Origin: an uncultured Trueperaceae bacterium
Lineage (GTDB): Bacteria; Deinococcota; Deinococci; Deinococcales; Trueperaceae
Length of the DNA stretch: 64,000 bases
Assembly (NCBI GenBank): GCA_963815215.1
Contig: CAWFFU010000003.1
Span: 928,001-992,000 of the forward strand
Direction: 5' to 3'
In this document: positions 32,223 to 40,788 of the stretch, in pieces
Position numbering within the stretch: the first letter of the stretch is position 1
Layout: each line of letters opens with the position of its first letter
Notes under the pieces: model-generated
Database searches by the model: none
Seen by the model: the letters and a program-made list of their open reading frames with translations, nothing else
What the model was told of the DNA's origin: nothing
Position numbers and translations under genes: made by a program

Positions 32223-33463
32223 GCGCGGAGGCGGCGGGCGGCCGCCAGAACGGCGCGTCCGCGAGCCCGGCGCTCTTCGTCTACGACCCCTCGCTGGCGG
32301 AGTACGAGTTCTCCCCCGAGCACCCGTTCCGGCCTGAGCGGCTCGAGCTCACCCGCACCCTGCTCGAGTTCGTCGGCGCGTTGAGCCCAGCGGACTTCGC
32401 CGGGGTGACCCCCATCACGGAGCGCGAGCTGGCCCGCGTCCACTCCACGCGCTATATCGACGCGGTACGGCACGCTTCGCGCGGGGAGGTCCACGAAGAG
32501 GCCTACAACTTCGGGCTCGGAACCGGCGACAACCCGATCTTCCCCGACATGCACGAGGCGGTCCTGGGGGTGTGCAGCAGTACCGTCACCGCCGTGGAGT
32601 TGGTGGCGAGCGGCGCTGCGCGGCGCGCGGTCAACCTGGCGGGCGGCCTGCACCACGCCATGCGTGCCAAGGCATCGGGATTCTGCGTGTACAACGACCT
32701 CGCCCTCGGCATCCGTCGCGCCGTCGACGAACACGGCCTGCGCGTGGCCTACGTCGACCTCGACGTGCACCACGGCGACGGAGTGCAGTGGCTGTTCTAC
32801 GACTCGCCCGACGTGATGACCGTCAGCCTGCACGAGTCCGGGCGTTACCTGTTCCCCGGTACGGGACACACCTACGAAACCGGCCGCGGGCCCGGGCGCG
32901 GGACGTCGGTCAACATGCCACTGGAACCCTTCACCGAGGACGCCTCCTTCCTCGAGGTCTTCGAGCAGGTGGTCCCTCGCGCGATCGAGGCCTTCCGGCC
33001 CGATCTGATCGTGCTCCAGGCCGGGGCCGACATGCACCGCAACGACCCGCTTGCCGACCTCAGCCTCAGCCTGGCCGCGATGGGCGCGAGCTACCGGCGG
33101 ATGGCGGAGTTGAGCGAGCGCTTCACCGGCGGCCGCCTGGTGGCGACCGGCGGAGGCGGCTACGACCCCTACCGCACCGTGCCACGGGCGTGGGCACTGC
33201 TGTGGGCCGCGGTCACCGGCCGGGAGCTGCCCGAGTTCCTCCCCGAGACCTGGCGCGAGCGCTGGGCGGCCAGGAGCCCGGTGGGGCTGCCCGAGCGGAT
33301 GCTCGACGATCCCTCCGGCTGGGCGCCGGTCCCGCGGCGTGAAACGGTAAGCTCGCACAACCGGGCCGTGGCGACACGGCTCATGGAGGTACTCGAGACC
33401 ATCTGGAGCGGCCACGGCGCGCATCCAACAGGCGCCGGCGAGGATCGGGAGGACTCCCCATGA
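32220..33463 (+). CDS. acuC: AcuC-like Zn-dependent (class I HDAC-type) deacetylase
   Basis: HPFRPERL, GGLHHA, SGFCVYND, DLDVHHGDGVQ, SLHESG, GGGGY; start approximate (GTG overlapping the acuB stop). Confidence 0.9.
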
Positions 33464-34344
33464 GGATCGGATTCATCGGACTGGGCACCATGGGCGCGCC
33501 CATGGCACGGCGCCTGCTCGAAGCAGGCCACGAGGTCACCGTGCACAACCGCACGCGTGGGCGCGAGGAGCCCCTCGAGCGACTCGGCGCCCGGCGCGCC
33601 GCCACGCCGCGCGAGTGCGCCCGCGACCAGGAGCTGGTGTTCACCATGGTGAGCGACACGCCCGACGTCCAGGCCGTGGTGCTCGGCGAGGAGGGAGCGG
33701 TCGAGGGCATGGAGAAGGGCGCGGTGCTCGTCGATATGAGCACCATCAGCCCCGCCACCACCCGGCTGATCGCCGCCGCGCTCGAGGACCGCGGCGTGGC
33801 GATGCTGGACGCCCCGGTGTCGGGCGGCAGCGAGGGCGCCGAGCGCGGCACGCTGTCGATCATGGTGGGCGGCGACGCCGCCGTTCTGGAGCGGTTGCGC
33901 GATGTGCTGGGGGTACTCGGGAAGACCGTGACCCATGTCGGCCCGATCGGCAGCGGACAGGTCACCAAGGCCGTCAACCAGGTCATCATCGCGGGCACCT
34001 ACGCGGCCATCGCCGAGGGCCTGGCCCTGGGCCTGGCGGCGGGCATCGACATCGAGGCGGCTCACGCCGCCGTGTCGGGCGGCGCCGCGGGCTCCTGGGG
34101 GCTGACCCATCGCGGGCCGAACATGATCCACAACCACTACCCGCTGGGCTTCCGTACGCGACTGCACCGCAAGGATCTCGGCATCGCGCTGGAGGCGGCG
34201 CGCGAGTTGGGCGTGTCCATCCCCCTCGCCGCTTACGTCGAGCAACTCGAGACCAGCCTGATCAAGCGGGGGTTCGGCGACGAGGACGTCTCCAACATCG
34301 CGCGCGTCGTACGCGAGCAGGCGGGCCTGGAGGAGCAGGGCTGA
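33460..34344 (+). CDS. Beta-hydroxyacid dehydrogenase (3-hydroxyisobutyrate/tartronate semialdehyde reductase family)
   Basis: GFIGLGTMG, DAPVSGG, KAVNQ, KDL; ATGA overlap with acuC. Confidence 0.9.
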   Translation: MRIGFIGLGTMGAPMARRLLEAGHEVTVHNRTRGREEPLERLGARRAATPRECARDQELVFTMVSDTPDVQAVVLGEEGAVEGMEKGAVLVDMSTISPATTRLIAAALEDRGVAMLDAPVSGGSEGAERGTLSIMVGGDAAVLERLRDVLGVLGKTVTHVGPIGSGQVTKAVNQVIIAGTYAAIAEGLALGLAAGIDIEAAHAAVSGGAAGSWGLTHRGPNMIHNHYPLGFRTRLHRKDLGIALEAARELGVSIPLAAYVEQLETSLIKRGFGDEDVSNIARVVREQAGLEEQG

Positions 34345-34356
34345 AGGCCGGCGCGC

Positions 34357-35085
34357 TCAAGGGCCGCGCCGCGCCACCATCCACACGCGCGCCGCGTCCT
34401 CCGAGGCGCTCCCGCCACTGGGGTAGGTCAGGGCCTCCACCGAGGTGAAGCCGGCCGCCTCGAGCAACCGCGTCGCCTCCGGCGGATCGTAGGGGCGTTC
34501 GTAGTGCACCTCGGTGAAGGGGCCGCTCTCGGTCTCGCAGAAGGCCTCGACCCTGGCTAGCGAGGCTGCTTCGTCGAAAGAGTGGACCCAGCGGAAGTAC
34601 ACCTCGTCGGCCCACCCCTCCACCCGGCCGCCCTCCCACAGGTCGCGCAGGCCGACGGTGGTATTCACGTCGAAGATGAACAGACCGCCCGGGAGCAGGT
34701 GGTCGAACACGCGCCGGGCGGTGGCTTCGAAGTCGTGGGGCTCGAGCAGGTTGTTCAGGGCATCGAACACCGAGTAGACCAGCGTGAAGCGCCGCGGCAG
34801 CGTCATCGTCCGGAAGTCGCTGCAGTAGAAGCTCACCGTCGGGAGCTTGCGCTGCGCCACACGCAGCATCGACTCCGAGGCGTCGAGGCCGGACACGTCG
34901 ACGCCGAGCGCGCGCATCGGGAGGGTCGCATTGCCGGTCCCGCAGCCCACGTCCAACGCCGCGCCCCCCTGCCAACCCCGCTCGCGCGCCAACCGCAGGA
35001 TGAACGCCGCCCAGTCGTCGTACTCGACGTCAGCCATGATGGCGTCGTAGACGTCCGCCAGAGCGGTGAAGGGAGCGCGTGCCAT
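34357..35085 (-). CDS. Class I SAM-dependent methyltransferase
   Basis: LDVGCGTG, GLDASESML, LLPGGLFIFD. Confidence 0.88.
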   Translation of the reverse strand: MARAPFTALADVYDAIMADVEYDDWAAFILRLARERGWQGGAALDVGCGTGNATLPMRALGVDVSGLDASESMLRVAQRKLPTVSFYCSDFRTMTLPRRFTLVYSVFDALNNLLEPHDFEATARRVFDHLLPGGLFIFDVNTTVGLRDLWEGGRVEGWADEVYFRWVHSFDEAASLARVEAFCETESGPFTEVHYERPYDPPEATRLLEAAGFTSVEALTYPSGGSASEDAARVWMVARRGP

Positions 35086-35375
35086 GCGCGCTCAGTATAC
35101 GCGGGGCCACCCGACTCGCATCTCGTCCTCGCTGCTGACGGCAGGTGCCTGGAGCAGCCCGGCACATGGTGGGCTGCGCCGCTGTGGCCCGCGGCCACCC
35201 TGCTAGCCTCGAGGAGAACTTTGAGGGTCGCCTCGCATCCGCTGCCCCCCGGCGAGGCTGCTCTCAAGGTTCCTCTGTGTCGGGCACGTCCACGTGCGCA
35301 CCGCGCATCGTGCGCACCGCGCATCGTGCACAGCGGCGCCGGCGCGCCGGGCCCGGCCAGCAGCGGTGCGGCGCC

Positions 35376-36380
35376 TCAGGTCGAGCGCTCCGCCCCTTCC
35401 CTGACTACCAGGACGATCTTGCCGACGTTGCGGTTGGCCCGCATGCGCTCGTGGGCCTCGGCCACCTCGGCGATCGGCACGACGCTGTCGATGACGGGGT
35501 CGAGGCGTCCCTCGGCCAGCGCCTGTCCGAAGCGGTCCTCGAAGGCCTGGCGGATGCGCACCTTCTCGGCCAGCGGCCGGGAGCGGAGCGTCGACCCCTT
35601 CAGGGTCGCCCGCATCGCCATCAGACGACGGATGTCGAAGCTCGCCCTACTGCCTCCGAGGGTAGCGATGAACACCATGCGTCCGCCTACGCGCAGCAGC
35701 TCGAGGTTGCGTTCGAAGTAGGGCTCCCCCACCATGTCGAGGACGACATCGACGCAGCCGCCGCCGGCGGCCGTCCCGGTGTGCTCCCGGACCGCCTCCG
35801 CGAAGTCCCGCCGCGGGTAATCGACCGCGAGCTCCGCACCCAGTCGGCGACAGGTGGCCACCTTCGCGTCGCTGCCGGCGGTGGCGAACACCGAGGCACC
35901 GGCCAGCGTCGCCTGCTGGATGGCGGCCGTCCCCACGCCGCTGGCGCCACCGTGGATCAGTACCCGCTCCCCCGCCCGCAGTCCCGCCTCCAGGAAGAGG
36001 TTGAGGAACGCCGTGAAGGCGGCCTCCGGCAGCGCCGCTGCCTGGGCGCAGCTCCAACCCTCGGGCACCGGCATGAGCATCGCGGCCGGGACCGCCACGC
36101 GCTCGGCGTAGCCGCCCCCCGGCAGCAGGGCGGACACGCGGTCGCCGACGTGCACACCGCGCACTCCGTCGGGCACCTCGCTGACGACGCCCGCCATCTC
36201 CAGCCCCAGGATGTCGCTCTCGCCGGCCGGCGGCGGGTAGTGTCCGGCGCGCTGCGACAGGTCGGCGCGGTTGAGCGCCGTGGCATGGACGTCGACCATC
36301 ACCTCGCCGGGCCGGAGCACCGGGTCCGGCACCTCGCGATACGCGAGCGCGCCCCCTTCGCCAACCACGATCGCCTTCAT
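35376..36380 (-). CDS. NAD(P)H:quinone oxidoreductase (zeta-crystallin/PIG3 family)
   Basis: LNRAD, ILGLEMAG, IHGGASGVG, GKIVL; SD GGAGGAGG before ATG 36380. Confidence 0.9.
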   Translation of the reverse strand: MKAIVVGEGGALAYREVPDPVLRPGEVMVDVHATALNRADLSQRAGHYPPPAGESDILGLEMAGVVSEVPDGVRGVHVGDRVSALLPGGGYAERVAVPAAMLMPVPEGWSCAQAAALPEAAFTAFLNLFLEAGLRAGERVLIHGGASGVGTAAIQQATLAGASVFATAGSDAKVATCRRLGAELAVDYPRRDFAEAVREHTGTAAGGGCVDVVLDMVGEPYFERNLELLRVGGRMVFIATLGGSRASFDIRRLMAMRATLKGSTLRSRPLAEKVRIRQAFEDRFGQALAEGRLDPVIDSVVPIAEVAEAHERMRANRNVGKIVLVVREGAERST

Positions 36381-36475
36381 GCGGGCCTCCTCCCGTCCCA
36401 TGCTAACGCGCGTGCCCGTCGCGACGTCCGACCCTCCTCCGTACGGGCCTCACGCAGACCTGTTAGCGTAGCGCC

Positions 36476-37486
36476 ATGATCGGTGTTGATCTCGGGACGA
36501 CGAACGTCCGCATCCATGTGAAGGGTAAGGGCGTGATGCTCCGCGAACCCGCCGTGATCGCGGTCGTCAAGGGCACCACCGACGTCAAGGCCGTCGGACA
36601 GGATGCCTACCGCATGCTCGGCCGGACGCCGGGCAACATCACCGCCGTCCGGCCCATGGCCGATGGCGTGATCGCCGACTACACGCTCACCGAGAAGATG
36701 CTCAAGGCCTTCATCTCGAAGGTCCTGACCGGCGCCAACCGCCTGCTCCGCCCCAACATCATGGTCTGCATCCCCAGCGGCATCACCGAGGTCGAGAAGC
36801 GCGCCGTGCTCCAAGCGGTCAACGAGATCGGGGCGCGCAAGGCGTTCCTCATCGAGGAGCCGGTCGCCGGAGCCATCGGCGCCGGCGTCAACATCGCCGA
36901 TCCGGTCGGCTCGATGGTCATCGACATCGGCGGCGGAACCACCGACATCGCCATCATCAGCATGGGCGGGATCGTCGTCTCCGAGAGCCTGCGCATCGCA
37001 GGCAACACCTTCGACCGCGACCTCATGGCCTTCATCAAGGCGCAGCACAACCTGCTCATCGGCGACCGGACCGCCGAGGAGATCAAGCGCACGGTGGGCG
37101 CCGCGGTGCTCGCCTCGGACGAAGACGACCGCGGCATGGAGGTGCGCGGCCGCGATCTCATCGACGGCATGCCCAAGAGCGTCACCATCACCACCGAAGA
37201 CGTGGTACGCAGCCTCAACGGGTCGCTCGACAAGATCGCGGCGGGCGTGCGGAAGGTGCTCGAGCACGCGCCCCCCGAGCTCGTCTCGGACGTCATCGAG
37301 CGTGGCATCGTGATGACGGGGGGCGGCGCCAAGCTACGCAACCTCGACGCTTTTCTCAGGCGCGTGACCAACATCCCGGTGGCGGTCGCCGAGTCGCCGG
37401 AGGACTGCGTGGTCCTCGGGACGGCCAAGGCGCTCGACATGTCGCACGTGCTGCAAGATGCCCGCAGCACGGTGCTGCGCTACTGA
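36476..37486 (+). CDS. mreB: Rod shape-determining actin-like protein
   Basis: GVDLGTTN, EPAVIA, IEEPVAGAIGAG, DIGGGTT, TGGGA. Confidence 0.92.
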   Translation: MIGVDLGTTNVRIHVKGKGVMLREPAVIAVVKGTTDVKAVGQDAYRMLGRTPGNITAVRPMADGVIADYTLTEKMLKAFISKVLTGANRLLRPNIMVCIPSGITEVEKRAVLQAVNEIGARKAFLIEEPVAGAIGAGVNIADPVGSMVIDIGGGTTDIAIISMGGIVVSESLRIAGNTFDRDLMAFIKAQHNLLIGDRTAEEIKRTVGAAVLASDEDDRGMEVRGRDLIDGMPKSVTITTEDVVRSLNGSLDKIAAGVRKVLEHAPPELVSDVIERGIVMTGGGAKLRNLDAFLRRVTNIPVAVAESPEDCVVLGTAKALDMSHVLQDARSTVLRY

Positions 37487-37502
37487 CGCCACCGCACCCG
37501 GC

Positions 37503-37658
37503 TCAGGCCGGAGCTTCCCAGTATGTGTACCCGTGGTCGGTGGCGAAGCCGACCGATCCGTAGACGGCTCGCGCCGCCTCGTTGGCCGGGTGGACCGGCA
37601 GGTAGGCCTCGCGTGCTCCGCGATCCGACCCCCAGCCCGCCAGCGCGCGCAGCGTCAC
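37503..37658 (-). pseudogene. C-terminal fragment of a GNAT acetyltransferase
   Basis: 51 codons VTLRALAGWGSDRGAREAYLPVHPANEAARAVYGSVGF...* match the GNAT motif B pattern N.AA..Y...GF. Confidence 0.6.
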
Positions 37659-38101
37659 GCCCCGGCCGACCCGCCTTCGATCGCGACCAGCTCGAGTTCG
37701 AAGCTCAGCGGTTCTCCGGCGAGCGGATGGTTGGCGTCGAGCGTGACGCTCTGTTCGCCGACCTCGGCCACGGTCACGGGCACGGGCTGCCCATCGGGCT
37801 GCCGCAGCTCGAGCCGCATGCCCGGCGCGATCTCCATGTCCGCGGGGATCTGGTCCTTGGGCAGGTCGAGCACGAGATCCTCGCGCCGCTCCCCGTAGGC
37901 GTCATCGGCTTCGATGCGCGTCTGGCACGCCTCGCCGACCTCCATCCCTTCGACCGCGCGCTCGAACCCGGCGATCACCTGCCCGGATCCCACCGTGAAC
38001 TCGAGCGGTTCGCGTTCACGCGAGGAGTCGAAGACGGTGCCGTCGTCGAGGCGTCCGGTGTAGTGGACGCGCACAGTGTCGCCAGACTTGGCTGTGGCCA
38101 T
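37655..38101 (-). CDS. slyD: FKBP-type peptidyl-prolyl isomerase, SlyD-like without the His-rich tail
   Basis: VHYTGRL.DG.VFDSS, AYGER, LDANHPLAG. Confidence 0.88.
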   Translation of the reverse strand: MATAKSGDTVRVHYTGRLDDGTVFDSSREREPLEFTVGSGQVIAGFERAVEGMEVGEACQTRIEADDAYGERREDLVLDLPKDQIPADMEIAPGMRLELRQPDGQPVPVTVAEVGEQSVTLDANHPLAGEPLSFELELVAIEGGSAGA

Positions 38102-38239
38102 GGCGGCCTCCTTCCCTGCGCCGGCACGCCGACGCGACGCGAACGTCCCGACGACGCTCCCGCCGCAGTCCGCGCAGTCTACCCGTGGTCTCGGCCGGGC
38201 CGTGGTGGGTGAATCACGAAGCCCGGCGTGAGAGGCCGC

Positions 38240-38782
38240 TCAATGGATCACGAAGATGCCCAGCAGGCCCCCGGCCACGATCAGGATCGCCGGATGCACG
38301 TTGAAGCGGATGGAAAGGAAGAACGCGGCCGCCGCCAGCAACCATAACGCCCAGTTCTTCAGCCATTGCGGCGGCAGGCCGAACGCGCGCGGCGCGAACT
38401 CCCACACCACCAACGCGAGCAGGGCGATGACCACCGGGCGAACACCGCGCAGGAAGTTCTCGAACACGGGGCTGTTGCGGTAGCGAAGGTAGAGGCTTCC
38501 CAGCGCGATCATGGCGATGATGGTGGGCACGGCCACGCCGATGAGGCCCATGGCCGCCCCCGGCCAGCCCGACACCTTGAAGCCGACGTAGCCCGCCATC
38601 TTGGTGGCGATCGGGCCCGGCAGTGCGCTGCCGAAGGCGAAGGCGTCGAGGAACTCGTCCTTGGTGAGCCAGTGCTGGACCTCGACGACCTCCTCCTGGA
38701 TGAGCGGGATCATCGAGGGCCCTCCGCCGAAGCCGAACAGCCCGACCTTGGCGAACGACCAGAACAGTTGGAGGAGCTGCAT
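38240..38782 (-). CDS. Short-chain chromate transporter (CHR family)
   Basis: GLFGFGGG, ALPGPIAT. Confidence 0.88.
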   Translation of the reverse strand: MQLLQLFWSFAKVGLFGFGGGPSMIPLIQEEVVEVQHWLTKDEFLDAFAFGSALPGPIATKMAGYVGFKVSGWPGAAMGLIGVAVPTIIAMIALGSLYLRYRNSPVFENFLRGVRPVVIALLALVVWEFAPRAFGLPPQWLKNWALWLLAAAAFFLSIRFNVHPAILIVAGGLLGIFVIH

Positions 38783-38830
38783 GTTGCCGAGTCTACCGTT
38801 CCAGGCGCGAGCGGGCGCCGATCAAGCGGC

Positions 38831-39736
38831 TCACCCCTCCACGCTCGTCTCGCGCACATCGAAGACGTCGCGCAGGTAGTCGCCGAAGAAGTTGATGCTC
38901 AACACCGTGATCATGATGGCCACACCCGGGAAGATGCCGAGCCACCAGGCGCGGCTGATGAAGCTGCGCGCGTCGCTGAGGATGAGGCCCCAGGTGGGCG
39001 TCGAGGCCTTCACTCCGAGCCCCAGGAAGCTCAGTCCGGCCTCGGCCAGGATAGCGTAGGACACGCTGACCGTGGCCTGCACGATGAGCGGGGCCATCGA
39101 GTTCGGCAGGATGTGCCGCAGCATCAGGCGGACGTCCGACGCGCCCAGCGCGCGCGCGGCCTCCACGAAGTCGCGCTCGCGCACGGTCAGCACCATGCCG
39201 CGCGCGATCCGCGCGAAATCGTCCAGGAACGCCAGCGCCACGGCGATGATGACGTTGGACAGCCCGGTCCCGAAGACGGCCACCAGGTACACCGCGATGA
39301 TGAAGTTGGGGAACGCCCACTGCAGATCGATGTAGCGCATGATGATGGTGTCCAGCCAGCCACCGTAGTAACCGGCCAGCACGCCCATGATCACGCCCAG
39401 GACCATCGAGGACACGACCGTCACGATGCCCACGAACAGGGAGATGCGCGCGCCGAAGATGACCCGGCTGAGCAGATCGCGACCCAGGTCGTCGGTGCCG
39501 AAGGGGTGGGCCCAGCTCGGCGGGGTCAACATGTCGAACGCCATGGAGGTCGGATCGGCGGGTGACACGTAGGGCGCCAGCGCGGCGGCGCCGACCAGCA
39601 CCACCAGCACCGCCAAGGAGATCGAGGCGCGCCGGTCGGCGAGCAGCAGCTTGAGCCAGCGCGGGCGCTTCTGCCGCGGGCGTACGGTCTGCGCGGCGCT
39701 CGGTCGGAGGGGGACGGGATCGGCCATGCGCTTCAC
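38831..39736 (-). CDS. Peptide/nickel ABC transporter permease (DppC-like)
   Basis: HPFGTDDLGRD, FVEAARALGAS, HILPN, LSFLGLG. Confidence 0.92.
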   Translation of the reverse strand: MKRMADPVPLRPSAAQTVRPRQKRPRWLKLLLADRRASISLAVLVVLVGAAALAPYVSPADPTSMAFDMLTPPSWAHPFGTDDLGRDLLSRVIFGARISLFVGIVTVVSSMVLGVIMGVLAGYYGGWLDTIIMRYIDLQWAFPNFIIAVYLVAVFGTGLSNVIIAVALAFLDDFARIARGMVLTVRERDFVEAARALGASDVRLMLRHILPNSMAPLIVQATVSVSYAILAEAGLSFLGLGVKASTPTWGLILSDARSFISRAWWLGIFPGVAIMITVLSINFFGDYLRDVFDVRETSVEG

Positions 39737-40680
39737 CTCAACCGGATGCGGGGGTCGATCACCGTGTACAGCACGTCGACCACGAGATTCGTAGCAACGA
39801 AGATGGCGGACACGACCAGGATCGCCCCCTGGACGACCGGGTAGTCACGATTGAGGATGCCCTGGATCAGCACCCTTCCCAGCCCCTTGATGGCGAAGAC
39901 GTTCTCCACCACCACCGCACCGGCCATGAGCAGCGCGAAGGCGATGCCGGTGACCGTGACCACGGGGATCAGGGCGTTGCGGAAGGCGTGCTTCATCACC
40001 ACGCGTTCCTCGACCAGCCCCTTGGAGCGCGCCACGGTGATGAAGTCCATCTTCATGACTTCCAGCATCGAGGAGCGGATCATGCGCGCCAGGATGGCGG
40101 AGAAGGCTGTGCCGATGGCGGTCGCCGGCAGGATCAGGTGCCGGATCCAGGGGATGAAGCCGTCGCTGAGCGGTGCGTAGCCGATGGCCGGGAACCACCG
40201 CAGATGCACCGCGAACACGATGATGAGCACGATCCCGAGCCAGAAGTCCGGCATCGACAGGCCCAGGAACGCCAGGAAAGTGAAGCCGTGGTCCAGCGCC
40301 GAGTTCTTGCGCACCGCCGAGATGATGCCGGCGGGAACGGCGATGGCCATGGCGATCACGAAGGCGAGCAGAGCCAGTGACATGGTGCGCGGCAACGATT
40401 CCGAGATGATCTGCGTCACCGGCACCCGGCTGCCGTAGATCGAGGCCCCGAGATCGCCGTGGGCGATGTTCCACATCCACAGGCCGTACTGCACGTACAC
40501 GGGCTTGTCGAGCCCGTACTTGTGGCGCAGCACGTCGGCGGCGTGCGGGTCACCGATGTCGAAGAGCATGGCCTGCAGGGGATCGCCGGGGACCGCCCTC
40601 AGCATGAAGAACACCAACGTCGCCACCGCCCACATCACCAGGATGGCGGCCACGATCCGCTTCAGAAGATAGGTCGTCAC
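39733..40680 (-). CDS. Peptide/nickel ABC transporter permease (DppB-like)
   Basis: PGDP, GDLG.S, ARSKGL, HAFRNA, RDYPVVQG, DPRIR. Confidence 0.92.
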   Translation of the reverse strand: MTTYLLKRIVAAILVMWAVATLVFFMLRAVPGDPLQAMLFDIGDPHAADVLRHKYGLDKPVYVQYGLWMWNIAHGDLGASIYGSRVPVTQIISESLPRTMSLALLAFVIAMAIAVPAGIISAVRKNSALDHGFTFLAFLGLSMPDFWLGIVLIIVFAVHLRWFPAIGYAPLSDGFIPWIRHLILPATAIGTAFSAILARMIRSSMLEVMKMDFITVARSKGLVEERVVMKHAFRNALIPVVTVTGIAFALLMAGAVVVENVFAIKGLGRVLIQGILNRDYPVVQGAILVVSAIFVATNLVVDVLYTVIDPRIRLR

Positions 40681-40738
40681 GGTTGTCCTACCTCGGGCCA
40701 CCGAGCGGTGGCCGTTCGAAAGAGCCCGGCGCGGAGGG

Positions 40739-40768
40739 GGTCGCCGGGCCCGTGCGGGCCCGGCGACC
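40739..40768 (-). terminator. Hairpin after the substrate-binding protein gene (mRNA stabiliser or partial terminator)
   Basis: 13-bp inverted repeat GGTCGCCGGGCCC-GTGC-GGGCCCGGCGACC. Confidence 0.6.
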
Positions 40769-40788
40769 GGCGAGCGGTCCTGTCGCGC

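Noticed and set aside
35185..35205. T-box-like AGCAGGGTGGCCGCG on the minus strand
   Set aside because: Lacks two bases of GGTGGNACCGCG, no recognisable stem I motifs, and the downstream gene is not amino-acid related
36476..37486. mreB without adjacent mreC/mreD
   Set aside because: Stand-alone mreB/mbl paralogs are common
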